From Burkholderiales bacterium (GTDB lineage Bacteria; Pseudomonadota; Gammaproteobacteria; Burkholderiales; Burkholderiaceae_C), in the NCBI GenBank assembly GCA_043756905.1, contig JAYUQE010000147.1, positions 1-40,074 of the forward strand: a DNA stretch of 40,074 nucleotides, read 5' to 3'. Numbering within the stretch: the first letter of the stretch is position 1; each line of letters opens with the position of its first letter. Positions 9,848 through 18,007 of the stretch are shown here, one piece after another. The notes beneath the pieces are model-generated. The model was given only the letters and a program-made list of their open reading frames with translations, was not told the DNA's origin and ran no database searches. Made by a program: the position numbers and the translations under genes.

Positions 9848-9985
9848 AACAAGCGCGCCACGGCAGGCCGTGGCGCGGGTCAGAACAAGCGCGCCACGGC
9901 AGGCCATGGCGCGGGTCAAAACATGCGCGCCACGGCAGGCCGCGGCGCGGGTCAAAACAAGCGCGCCACGGCAGGCCGCGGCGCG
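9848..9985. repeat. four tandem 36-bp units, each containing a GC-rich palindrome (REP-like)
   Basis: Units start at 9848, 9884, 9920, 9956; core CGCGCCACGGC-AG-GCCGTGGCGCG (perfect in unit 1, one mismatch in the others); near-constant linker GGTCARAACAWG. Confidence 0.92.
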
Positions 9986-10010
9986 TAGTGGCACGAAGGC
10001 AATTCAGATC

Positions 10011-10697
10011 TCAGATCTGCAGCTTGCCCAGCGACACGATCGGCCCCGTGGGTGCGCCGGTGGGTGAGCCCCCTTGCGGCTCAACGCTGACCGCAAAGGC
10101 CGCGGTGTCGAGCAGCAGTCTGGTCTTCAGCAAGGTGGTGGCGCCATCTGCGCGCACCAGGCCTAACGAACGAGGTGCGCCTTGAGCCGGCACGGCCCAC
10201 AGTTCAAGCGCCCGCCCGGGTGACAACGTCAAGTCATTGAGCGGGCGCAGCACCAAGGCACGGCCATCGGCGCTGACGCTGGCCACGAAGCTGGCGTTCA
10301 GCGCCTGCGCCGCCTCGGGGTTGGCCGCCAGGATGGTGATCACAGGCGGCTGCGCCGGTGGCACCTGGTTCACCAGCACCAGCAGGGCCACCGCCGCCAC
10401 GCTGCTCAGCGCGCTGAGGCCACGCCACAGGCTCAACTGCTGCCACCAGCGCGGGGCGGGTGCCTGATCAGCGAACAAGCGGGCCTCGATCCGCTGCCAA
10501 ACGCGCGCCGGTGGCTTGACTTCAGGCACGCTGGTGCTCAGCGGCACCAGGCGCTCTTGCCACACCGCCACCGCCTGGCGCAGGGCTGGGTGCGCGCCGA
10601 GCAGAGCGTCGAAACGCCGCCGCGCCGCGCCGCGCAGGGTGCCCAGCACATATTCACTGGCCAGGCGGTCAGCAAGCTCGCGTCGGCCGTAGTCCAT
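10011..10697 (-). CDS. anti-sigma factor, RskA (anti-sigma-K) family
   Basis: LASEYVLGTL, PPARVWQRIEARL, one TM helix, LELWAVP...PRSLGL, FAVSVEPQGGSPTGAPTGPIV; downstream of an ECF sigma. Confidence 0.9.
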   Translation of the reverse strand: MDYGRRELADRLASEYVLGTLRGAARRRFDALLGAHPALRQAVAVWQERLVPLSTSVPEVKPPARVWQRIEARLFADQAPAPRWWQQLSLWRGLSALSSVAAVALLVLVNQVPPAQPPVITILAANPEAAQALNASFVASVSADGRALVLRPLNDLTLSPGRALELWAVPAQGAPRSLGLVRADGATTLLKTRLLLDTAAFAVSVEPQGGSPTGAPTGPIVSLGKLQI

Positions 10698-10756
10698 GTC
10701 AGTGGCGCCACGCCGCACCGGGGCGGCGGGTAAAAAATGCAGGGTGTGTGGTCATC

Positions 10757-11386
10757 TTATTTCCCACCGGCCAGCCCGGAACTCGGGTGTCCCAGGCATT
10801 CTTTCAAGGTCAACAGCGCACGGCGCACCCAGCTCTTGACCGTGCCCAAGGGCTGGTGCAACTGCTGCGCCACCTCGGCATGCGACAGCCCCTGGTAATA
10901 AGCCAGCGCCACGCACTGCTGCTGCTCGGGCTTGAGCTGGTCAACACAGCGCGTCACCGCCCGCGCCGCGGCGGCTTGTTGCAGCAGTTCCAGTGGGCCG
11001 GCGTCTTCGCTGGGCAGCGCGTCCAGCAGGTCGTCGTCATCGTCGCCGTCACGGGCCACGCGCGTGCTCGTGGTGGCCACTTCGGTCTTGCGGCGGCGCA
11101 GGCTGTCGATGGCGCGGTTGCGCGCAATGCTGGTCAACCAGGTCATGGGTTGGCTGCGTGCGGCCTCGAAGCCCTGCGCTGCCCGCCAGACATTGATGAA
11201 CACTTCCTGCAACACGTCCTCCGCCTGAGCGCTGTTGGTGTTGATACGCAGGATGACGCCAAAAAGATGCGCATGCGTGGCACCGTACAGCGCTTCGAAG
11301 GCCTGGCGATCGCCAATTGCTACACGCGACAGCAGTTGTGCCAGGGCAGTGCTGCGCTCGCTCCAGGCTGGCGTGGGGGGGCTCAT
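10757..11386 (-). CDS. ECF RNA polymerase sigma factor (SigK-like)
   Basis: AEDVLQEVFINVW, WLTSIARNRAID, LAYYQGLSHAEVA, PLGTVKSWVRRAL. Confidence 0.93.
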   Translation of the reverse strand: MSPPTPAWSERSTALAQLLSRVAIGDRQAFEALYGATHAHLFGVILRINTNSAQAEDVLQEVFINVWRAAQGFEAARSQPMTWLTSIARNRAIDSLRRRKTEVATTSTRVARDGDDDDDLLDALPSEDAGPLELLQQAAAARAVTRCVDQLKPEQQQCVALAYYQGLSHAEVAQQLHQPLGTVKSWVRRALLTLKECLGHPSSGLAGGK

Positions 11387-11472
11387 GTCATGGGATGGTG
11401 TGTGTTCGCAGGGCGAGTATGGCGTGCGCGCGCTGCGGCTCGCCGCGCGGCCTTGGCCAATTCGGGGTCATG

Positions 11473-11497
11473 CATCCACGGCGCAGCGGCGTGCGTA
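11473..11497 (+). promoter_or_regulatory. third CATCC-N16-CGTA motif, divergent from the sigma gene, with no sense ORF downstream
   Basis: Plus strand gCATCC-acggcgcagcggcgtg-CGTAgc, pointing into the tauC 3' end. Confidence 0.5.
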
Positions 11498-11551
11498 GCC
11501 GCTGCCCACAGGCTGGGCGGCTGGCGGGCACGGCCCGCGGCTGCACGGCCT

Positions 11552-12358
11552 TCAACCCCGCCCCTTCCAGGGCACCAGGCGGCGCTCCACCCAGCGCATG
11601 AACAAATCGAACAAGTAGGCCACGACACCGATCACGATGATGCCCATGACGACGATGTCGGTGCGCAGGAAGTTGCTCGCATTCAGCACCATTTGCCCCA
11701 GGCCCACGTTGGCGGCCACCATTTCGGCGGCCACCAGGGTGGTCCAGCCGAAGCCGATGGCCACGCGCATGCCGACCAGAATTTCGGGCAACGCCGCCGG
11801 CAGCACCACATGGCGCACCACCTGGGTGTAGCTGGCGCCCATGGAATACGCGGCGTTGATCTGCTCTTGCGCCGCGCTCTTCATGCCCGAACGCGCGGCC
11901 AGCGCCAGCGGGGCAAAGCAGGCCAGGAAGATGAGCAGCACCTTGGGCAACTCGTCGATGCCGAACCAGATGATGATCAGCGGCAAGTAGGCCAGTGGCG
12001 GCAACGGGCGATAGAACTCGATGGGCGGGTCGAAGATGCCGCGCGCCACGCGGCTCATGCCCATCGCAATGCCGATGGGCACGGCGGTTAACACGGCGAG
12101 CAAGAAGGCCGCGGCCACGCGCAGCAGGCTGGCCAGCAGGTGCTGCCACAAGGGCTTGTCATTGGCCGTGCCGTTGACGTATTCCATGAACTGCTGCGCC
12201 ACGGCTTGCGGGCTGGGCAGGAACAGGGGCTTGATCAACCCGGCGGCGGTGATGCCCCACCACAGCAAGAACAGCGCCGCGATGGTGGCCACGCTGATGG
12301 CCGCGCTGGCGCCTTCGCCCGGCGTTCGGAACGAACTGGTTTTCTGTGCTTCAGGCAT
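11552..12358 (-). CDS. tauC: taurine ABC transporter permease
   Basis: [18 protein letters not shown]-like loop [19 protein letters not shown]; overlaps tauB stop; probable start 12358. Confidence 0.87.
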   Translation of the reverse strand: MPEAQKTSSFRTPGEGASAAISVATIAALFLLWWGITAAGLIKPLFLPSPQAVAQQFMEYVNGTANDKPLWQHLLASLLRVAAAFLLAVLTAVPIGIAMGMSRVARGIFDPPIEFYRPLPPLAYLPLIIIWFGIDELPKVLLIFLACFAPLALAARSGMKSAAQEQINAAYSMGASYTQVVRHVVLPAALPEILVGMRVAIGFGWTTLVAAEMVAANVGLGQMVLNASNFLRTDIVVMGIIVIGVVAYLFDLFMRWVERRLVPWKGRG

Positions 12359-13145
12359 TGGCGATCTCAGTGGCGCGCTGGTGCACGTGGGCCAGCACCT
12401 CTTCGCGCAGGGCAATGAAGTCGGGGGCTGACTTCACCGCGCGCGCATCGCCCGTGGCCAGGAAGCGGCGCGAAAACGGCAGATCTTCATAAGTGTGCGT
12501 GATGCGCCCCGGCCGCGGGCTCATCAACACCAGCCGCGTGCCCAGGAACAGCGCCTCTTCCACCGAGTGGGTGATGAAGAACACCATCTTGTGCGTGGCC
12601 GCCCAGGCCTTGAGCACGATCTCCTGCACATGTTCGCGGGTGAAGGCGTCGAGCGCGCCCATGGGCTCGTCCATCAACAACACCGCCGGGTCATTGGCCA
12701 GCGCGCGCGCAATGCCCACGCGCTGCTGCATGCCGCCGGAGAGTTCATACACGGCGTGCGCGCCATAACCGGCCAGGCCCACCAGGGCGAGCTTGTCTTC
12801 GGCCACTTGCGCGCGCGTGGCGGCATCCACGCCGCGCAGGCGCAAGCCCAGTGCCACGTTGTCTCGAACGTTAAGCCAGGGCATCAGGGCATGTTTTTGA
12901 AAGACCACGCCGCGTTGCGCGCCGGGGCCGCTCACGGCTTGGCCGTCGAGCATGATGCTGCCCGTGGTGGGCGGCAAAAAGCCTGCTATGCAGTTCAGTA
13001 GCGTGGTCTTGCCGCAGCCCGATGCGCCCAGGGCGACGACGAACTCACCGCCCTCAATGCGCAGATTGACGGGCGCCAACGCATGCAGCGCGCCGCCCTT
13101 GACGGCGTAGTGGACGCTGACGTCTTTGAGATCAAGTGTGGACAT
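12351..13145 (-). CDS. tauB: taurine ABC transporter ATP-binding subunit
   Basis: Walker [36 protein letters not shown]. Confidence 0.87.
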   Translation of the reverse strand: MSTLDLKDVSVHYAVKGGALHALAPVNLRIEGGEFVVALGASGCGKTTLLNCIAGFLPPTTGSIMLDGQAVSGPGAQRGVVFQKHALMPWLNVRDNVALGLRLRGVDAATRAQVAEDKLALVGLAGYGAHAVYELSGGMQQRVGIARALANDPAVLLMDEPMGALDAFTREHVQEIVLKAWAATHKMVFFITHSVEEALFLGTRLVLMSPRPGRITHTYEDLPFSRRFLATGDARAVKSAPDFIALREEVLAHVHQRATEIANA

Positions 13146-13164
13146 GGCCAAATCGAAAGAAGAA

Positions 13165-13227
13165 GGGAGCGGGCCATTTGCCGGCCGGCTCCCTCATGGC
13201 GCTTGCTCGCCCTCTTCAGCGAGCGGG
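13165..13227. other. two stem-loops between tauA and tauB (probable mRNA stabilisers or partial terminators)
   Basis: GGGAGCGGGCC...GGCCGGCTCCC and TGCTCGC...GCGAGCG inverted repeats downstream of the binding-protein gene. Confidence 0.45.
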
Positions 13228-13232
13228 GGTTG

Positions 13233-14228
13233 TCATTTCGCCATGGCCTTCTTCACATAGGCATCCGTCACGAAAACGCCGTAGTCGGGCTTCACTTCCT
13301 GGATGCGCCCTTGTTCCTTCAGGAACTTGGCGGTTTCCGCCATGGCCTTGGCGGCGCCGCCGCCGAGCCACTTCGCGCCCATTTGCTCTTGCGCGGTGGG
13401 GTAGACGTACAGCGCCATGGCGGCGGGCACGTCTTTCGCATCGGCCTTGGTCCACTTGGCCACGGCCTTCACCTCGGCGGAGTCGGCCGTCCATTTGGCC
13501 TTGTTCGCGCGATAGGCGTTGTCGGCCTTGTTCAAAGCCTGCACCAAGGCCACCATGAAGCCTTCATTCGCCGCGGCCCACTTGGCATTCACGATCAAGC
13601 CATCGAACGTGGGGTAACCCTGGGCGCCGATGCTCTTGCTGCTGGCAATGGTCTTGCCGTTGCCCTTGATCTTGGACAGCACCGGGTCCCAGATGAAGGT
13701 GGCGTCGATGTCGCCGCGCTCCCAGGCCGCGGCAATTTCAGGCGGGCGCATGTTCATCACGTTCACGCTCTTGGCATCCACGCCTTCGAGCTTCATGGCC
13801 GCCATCAACTGGTAGTGCGCCGTGCTGACGAACGGCGTGGCGACCTTCTTGCCCTTCAGGTCCTTGACGCTGTTGATGCCGCTGCCGTTGCGCGCGATCA
13901 GCGCTTCGGCGTCGGCAATGTCATCAAGAATCCAGAACAGCTTGATGTCCTGGCCCTGGCTGGCCGCCGCCGTGAGCGGGCTGGAGCCGGCCTCGCCGAT
14001 GTGCACGTCGCCACTGGCCATGGCCTTGATCACGTCACCGCCGCCGCCGAACATGCGCCAGTTGATCTTGTAGCCGGTGGCCTTTTCCAGCTCACCGCTT
14101 TCCATCACGGTGCGCCAGGGCACCAGCATGTCCTGGTGCGCGAACGTCACTTCCTTGGTCTGGGCCAGCGCCGCGCCGGCCAGGCTGAACAGGGCCACCG
14201 CGGTGGCGAGCAAGCGTTGAGTCGTCAT
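13233..14228 (-). CDS. tauA: taurine ABC transporter substrate-binding protein
   Basis: Signal peptide; GGGDVIKAMASGDV, GSSP, TPFVSTAHY, AAWERGDIDA, GYPTFD. Confidence 0.87.
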   Translation of the reverse strand: MTTQRLLATAVALFSLAGAALAQTKEVTFAHQDMLVPWRTVMESGELEKATGYKINWRMFGGGGDVIKAMASGDVHIGEAGSSPLTAAASQGQDIKLFWILDDIADAEALIARNGSGINSVKDLKGKKVATPFVSTAHYQLMAAMKLEGVDAKSVNVMNMRPPEIAAAWERGDIDATFIWDPVLSKIKGNGKTIASSKSIGAQGYPTFDGLIVNAKWAAANEGFMVALVQALNKADNAYRANKAKWTADSAEVKAVAKWTKADAKDVPAAMALYVYPTAQEQMGAKWLGGGAAKAMAETAKFLKEQGRIQEVKPDYGVFVTDAYVKKAMAK

Positions 14229-14274
14229 GACACCCCTCTATCGTTAACGTGATGAAATAACCCGGCCCCGGCAT

Positions 14275-15054
14275 TCATGCCGCGCCCGAACCGATGGTGG
14301 CCCCGCCGTCGATCACCAGCGTGTGCCCGGTGGTGAAGGCGCCCGCTGCAGAGGCCAGGAACACGGCCGCGCCGGCAATCTCTTGCGGCGTGCCGATGCG
14401 CTTCAGGCTGGCACTGGCCGAGGCACGCTTGAGCGTGGCGGGGTCGTCCCACAGCGCCTTGGCGAAATCGGTCTTGATCAGCCCTGGCGCAATGCAGTTC
14501 ACGCGCACCCCGCGCGGGCCGTATTCATCGGCCAGGTTGCGCGCCAGCGCCATGTCGGCCGCCTTGGAAATGCCGTAGGCGCCCAGCACCGTGGTGGCGC
14601 GCAGGCCGCCGATGCTGGAGATGATGGTGATCGAGCCTTCGCCGCGTTCCAGCATCTCGGGTACAACCATTGAAATCAGCCAATGGTTGCTCACGATGTT
14701 GTTGTCGAGGATCTTGCGGAACTGCTCGTCGCTGATGCCGGCCATGGGCCCGTAGTACGGGTTGCTGGCGGCGTTGCACACCAGCGCGTCGATGCGGCCG
14801 AAGACGCGCCGGGTTTCATCCACCAGGTGTTGCAGACCTTCCTTCGATGCGATGTTCGCTGCCACCGCAATGGCCGTGCCCGCACCGTGCCGCGCGTTGA
14901 TGGCCGCAGCCACTTCGTCGCAGGCCGGCTGCTTGCGGCTGGAAACGACCACCCGCGCACCCTGCACCGCCATTTCTTCGGCAATGGCCTTGCCGATGCC
15001 GCGCGATGAACCGGTGATGAGGGCGACCTTGCCCGCCATATCGAAGAGAGACAT
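14275..15054 (-). CDS. classical SDR family oxidoreductase
   Basis: TGSSRGIG, CNAA, YGISK, RVNCIAPG; probable start ATG 15054 (MSLFDM). Confidence 0.9.
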   Translation of the reverse strand: MSLFDMAGKVALITGSSRGIGKAIAEEMAVQGARVVVSSRKQPACDEVAAAINARHGAGTAIAVAANIASKEGLQHLVDETRRVFGRIDALVCNAASNPYYGPMAGISDEQFRKILDNNIVSNHWLISMVVPEMLERGEGSITIISSIGGLRATTVLGAYGISKAADMALARNLADEYGPRGVRVNCIAPGLIKTDFAKALWDDPATLKRASASASLKRIGTPQEIAGAAVFLASAAGAFTTGHTLVIDGGATIGSGAA

Positions 15055-15088
15055 GTGTGGCCTATTGAGTTGGAGGGTTGGCGTTGGC

Positions 15089-16447
15089 TCAAGTCTTCGA
15101 GGCTGCGAAGTATCGGCGTTGCGGGTCTTGTGGGCTGGAACCGATCTCGCGCACCAAGCCCCGTTCAACCAGCGCAGCCAGGCGGGTGCGGGCCGTGCGT
15201 GGCGTGCGCTGGATGTGCGCGGCGACCTCGTTGGTAGAGCGCCCGGTACCGGCTGCCAAGAGATTGAGCACCGCTTGGTCAAGGTCGTCGGGCTTTGTTC
15301 CCTGGCCGCGCACAGTGCCGAGTGTGACGCGAAAGCGCGCGCCGATTTCTTCCAGCTTGGGCGGCGGCAAGCCGGCGCCGCTGCACGCAGCGCTCATGCG
15401 CTGGATGCCGCTGCCCCACTGTTCAATCAAGCCCAGTTCATGGAACACGCGGCCGATGACGCGGTTGCGCAACTTCGACACGCCAGCGCGAATATCGTCC
15501 ACCGTCAAGCCCGCGGGCAAGAGGCCGGGGTTCTCGATCTCAACGCGGTCGTCGAAGATGGCCAGGCGCAACGGCGCGCCGCGCTGCGCGTAGTCGGCAT
15601 GCACCACCGCATTGATGATGGCTTCGCGCAAGGCCACCGGCGGCAGGCTCCAGGTTTCGGTTCGGCGTATGGCGCCAATGTCATAGCCGTGCAGGCCGTG
15701 CTTGTTCACGAACGCAATGGCCGCCTCCACCACCGCAGGCAGCGGGCCGTGCAGCGCGGCCGAGTCAACCAGACGGGCTTTGTCTGTGCCCGCGAAGCGC
15801 CCGGCCTGCACCCAGGCATCCGGGAAATGGTCCGCCCGGTCACGGCCAAAGAGCAAGACCCCGCCCACGGAGGGCACCTTGCGGCCCTGGTGCGCCACCA
15901 GCAGGCGCAGGGTCGTCAAATCGCCGCGGCGCAATTTGCGCAGCCTGGCAAAGCACTCTGAAGCGGCTGCGAAGTCGAGCGCTTCAGAGTCGAGTTCGGG
16001 CATGGCTTGTTCATCAAAGGCCTGGCCCAGGGCGGAACGTTTGAGTTCGGCAACCATGGCGTCATCGGCCCGCCGGTTGGTGGAGCCCACGCGCACGAAG
16101 ACACCGGCTTGCGTACCCGCCGCCTTGACGCAGTGCGGACGGCTGGGGCTCGGGTACACCTGCACGGCCAGCACATGAGTCTTGCGCCAGGGCAGGATGT
16201 CAATGTCAGGCAGCAGGCGCGGTGCGATGCCATCGCTCAACAGGTTGGCCAGGCGTTCTTCCATGGCCAAGGGGTCGGCCACGCCGCGCACGTGGCGAGT
16301 GCCGTCTTCTACGCCGATCAAGATCGTGCCCCCGGCCGTGTTGGCCAGCGCGACCACCGAGCGCAGCACGCCCGCGGCAGAAGAAAGATCGCGCTTGAAT
16401 TCAAGAGTCTTGCCTTCGGTGCGCTTCAACAGGTCAGCCAGCAACAT
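15089..16447 (-). CDS. AlbA_2 (Schlafen-like) + HATPase_c_4/RecG-C-like + wHTH protein
   Basis: EGKTLEFK, ALANTAGGTILIGVED, LREAIINAVVHADY, IENPG, IEQWGSGI, C-terminal wHTH. Confidence 0.88.
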   Translation of the reverse strand: MLLADLLKRTEGKTLEFKRDLSSAAGVLRSVVALANTAGGTILIGVEDGTRHVRGVADPLAMEERLANLLSDGIAPRLLPDIDILPWRKTHVLAVQVYPSPSRPHCVKAAGTQAGVFVRVGSTNRRADDAMVAELKRSALGQAFDEQAMPELDSEALDFAAASECFARLRKLRRGDLTTLRLLVAHQGRKVPSVGGVLLFGRDRADHFPDAWVQAGRFAGTDKARLVDSAALHGPLPAVVEAAIAFVNKHGLHGYDIGAIRRTETWSLPPVALREAIINAVVHADYAQRGAPLRLAIFDDRVEIENPGLLPAGLTVDDIRAGVSKLRNRVIGRVFHELGLIEQWGSGIQRMSAACSGAGLPPPKLEEIGARFRVTLGTVRGQGTKPDDLDQAVLNLLAAGTGRSTNEVAAHIQRTPRTARTRLAALVERGLVREIGSSPQDPQRRYFAASKT

Positions 16448-16458
16448 TCTATGAAGTC

Positions 16459-16495
16459 TACTCTGAAGCGATTTTCTCGATCACGCTTCAGAGTA
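16459..16495. promoter_or_regulatory. 12-bp perfect inverted repeat directly upstream of the AlbA_2 gene (operator or terminator)
   Basis: TACTCTGAAGCG (16459-16470) / CGCTTCAGAGTA (16484-16495) in an AT-richer spacer. Confidence 0.55.
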
Positions 16496-16522
16496 ACTTG
16501 CTGCCTGGGCGCCCGCAGTGGC

Positions 16523-17845
16523 CTACAGGCCCTTGAGCACGTTGCGCAGCTTGGTCACGATCTCATCGAGGTGCTTGTCTTCCATCACCAAAGGCGGGGC
16601 CACGATCAATGAATCGCCCGTGTTCTTCAGGTTCAGGCCGGTGTCGTACAAGCGCTTTTGCGCCTCGTGGCCGCGCGCGCCGGGCGCGCCGCTGGGGGCC
16701 ACTTCCACCGCAGCCATCATGCCGATGGAGCGAATGTCGGTGACCACCGGGCAGTCGCGCAGGCCGTGCATGGCGGCCATGAAGGCCGGGCTCATGGCGG
16801 CGGCGCGTTCGATCAAACGTTCCTTGGCAAAGATGTCCATCATCGCCAGGCCCGCCGCGCACGAAGCCGGGTGGGCCGAATAGGTGTAGCCGTGGAAAAA
16901 CTCCACGCCCTGGGCCGGGCCGGCGTTGGTGATGGTGTCGTAAATGCCCTGCTTGGCCGCCACCGCGCCCATGGGCTGCGCGCCGTTGGTCAGCGCCTTG
17001 GCCATGGTCATCAGGTCGGGGGTCACGCCAAACGCCTGCGCACCGAACGCCGCGCCCATGCGGCCCCAGCCGGTGATGACTTCGTCGAACACCAGCAAGA
17101 TGCCGTTGGCGTCGCAAATTGTGCGCAAACGGTTGAGATAACCTTTCGGCGGCGGCAGGCAACCGAACGAGCCGGCCGTGGGCTCGACGAACACGGCCGC
17201 GATGTTTTCGCCGCCGTACAGGTTGCAAAAGCGTTGCAGGTCATCCGCCAGGTCGGCGCCGGTTTCGGGCTGGCCGGGAACGAACTTGTGTTCAGGTAAA
17301 GCGGTGTGGCGCATGTGATAAACGCCGGCCAACCCCACACCAAAGGTGCGCCGGTTGTTCACCATGCCGGCCAGAGCCACGCCGCCCATGTTCACGCCGT
17401 GATAAGCCCGCTCACGTGAAATGAACAGTTGACGCTGCGGCTGGCCTGCGGCGCGGTGGTAGGCCAGGGCCATCTTCATGGCCGTGTCGATCGCCTCGGA
17501 GCCCGAGTTGGTGAAGAACACCCGGTTCATGCCTTCGGGCGTGTAGGCCGCCACGCGCTCGGCCAGTTCGAACGCCTTGGCGTGGGCACGCAGGAACGGT
17601 GCGGTGAAGTCCAGCGTCTGCAGTTGCTGGTACACGGCCTGCGCGATCTCTTCGCGGCAGTGGCCGGCGGCCACGCAGAACAGGCCGGCTGAGGCGTCGA
17701 TCACCTCGCGCCCGTCGGGCGTGTAGAAGTACATGCCCTTGGCGCGCGCAAACAGGCGCGGCTCGGCCTTGAATTCCTTGTTGGCAGAAAAGGGCATCCA
17801 GTAAGGCTGCAAGGTGGTGGCAACTTGAGGTTCGGCGTGGCCCAT
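16523..17845 (-). CDS. class III PLP aminotransferase (omega-amino acid:pyruvate type)
   Basis: YWMPFSAN, FTNSGSEA, AYHG, FDEVITGWGR, PDLMTMAK, FFHGYTYSAHP; probable start 17845. Confidence 0.9.
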   Translation of the reverse strand: MGHAEPQVATTLQPYWMPFSANKEFKAEPRLFARAKGMYFYTPDGREVIDASAGLFCVAAGHCREEIAQAVYQQLQTLDFTAPFLRAHAKAFELAERVAAYTPEGMNRVFFTNSGSEAIDTAMKMALAYHRAAGQPQRQLFISRERAYHGVNMGGVALAGMVNNRRTFGVGLAGVYHMRHTALPEHKFVPGQPETGADLADDLQRFCNLYGGENIAAVFVEPTAGSFGCLPPPKGYLNRLRTICDANGILLVFDEVITGWGRMGAAFGAQAFGVTPDLMTMAKALTNGAQPMGAVAAKQGIYDTITNAGPAQGVEFFHGYTYSAHPASCAAGLAMMDIFAKERLIERAAAMSPAFMAAMHGLRDCPVVTDIRSIGMMAAVEVAPSGAPGARGHEAQKRLYDTGLNLKNTGDSLIVAPPLVMEDKHLDEIVTKLRNVLKGL

Positions 17846-18007
17846 GGCGCATCCTTTGCGGGTGAGGTGGCAAGGCGGCAATGGTGCCGCAATTCAAGCC
17901 CGCGAGTCTTGCCTGTGTTGCACGGCGCGCCTGCCGGGGTTTGCACCAATCCTGGGCGGCACATACTTGCCCGCTGCCCGCTGCCCACTGCGCCGCCGCA
18001 CCCCACC

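Noticed and set aside
9848-9985. CRISPR array
   Set aside because: Linkers are only about 12 nt and nearly identical, and no cas genes are present; it is a tandem palindromic repeat.
17860-17960. NtrC site (TGCAC-N7-GGGCG at 17942-17958) and sigma-54 promoter
   Set aside because: Only a partial NtrC match and no convincing TGGCAC-N5-TTGC element.
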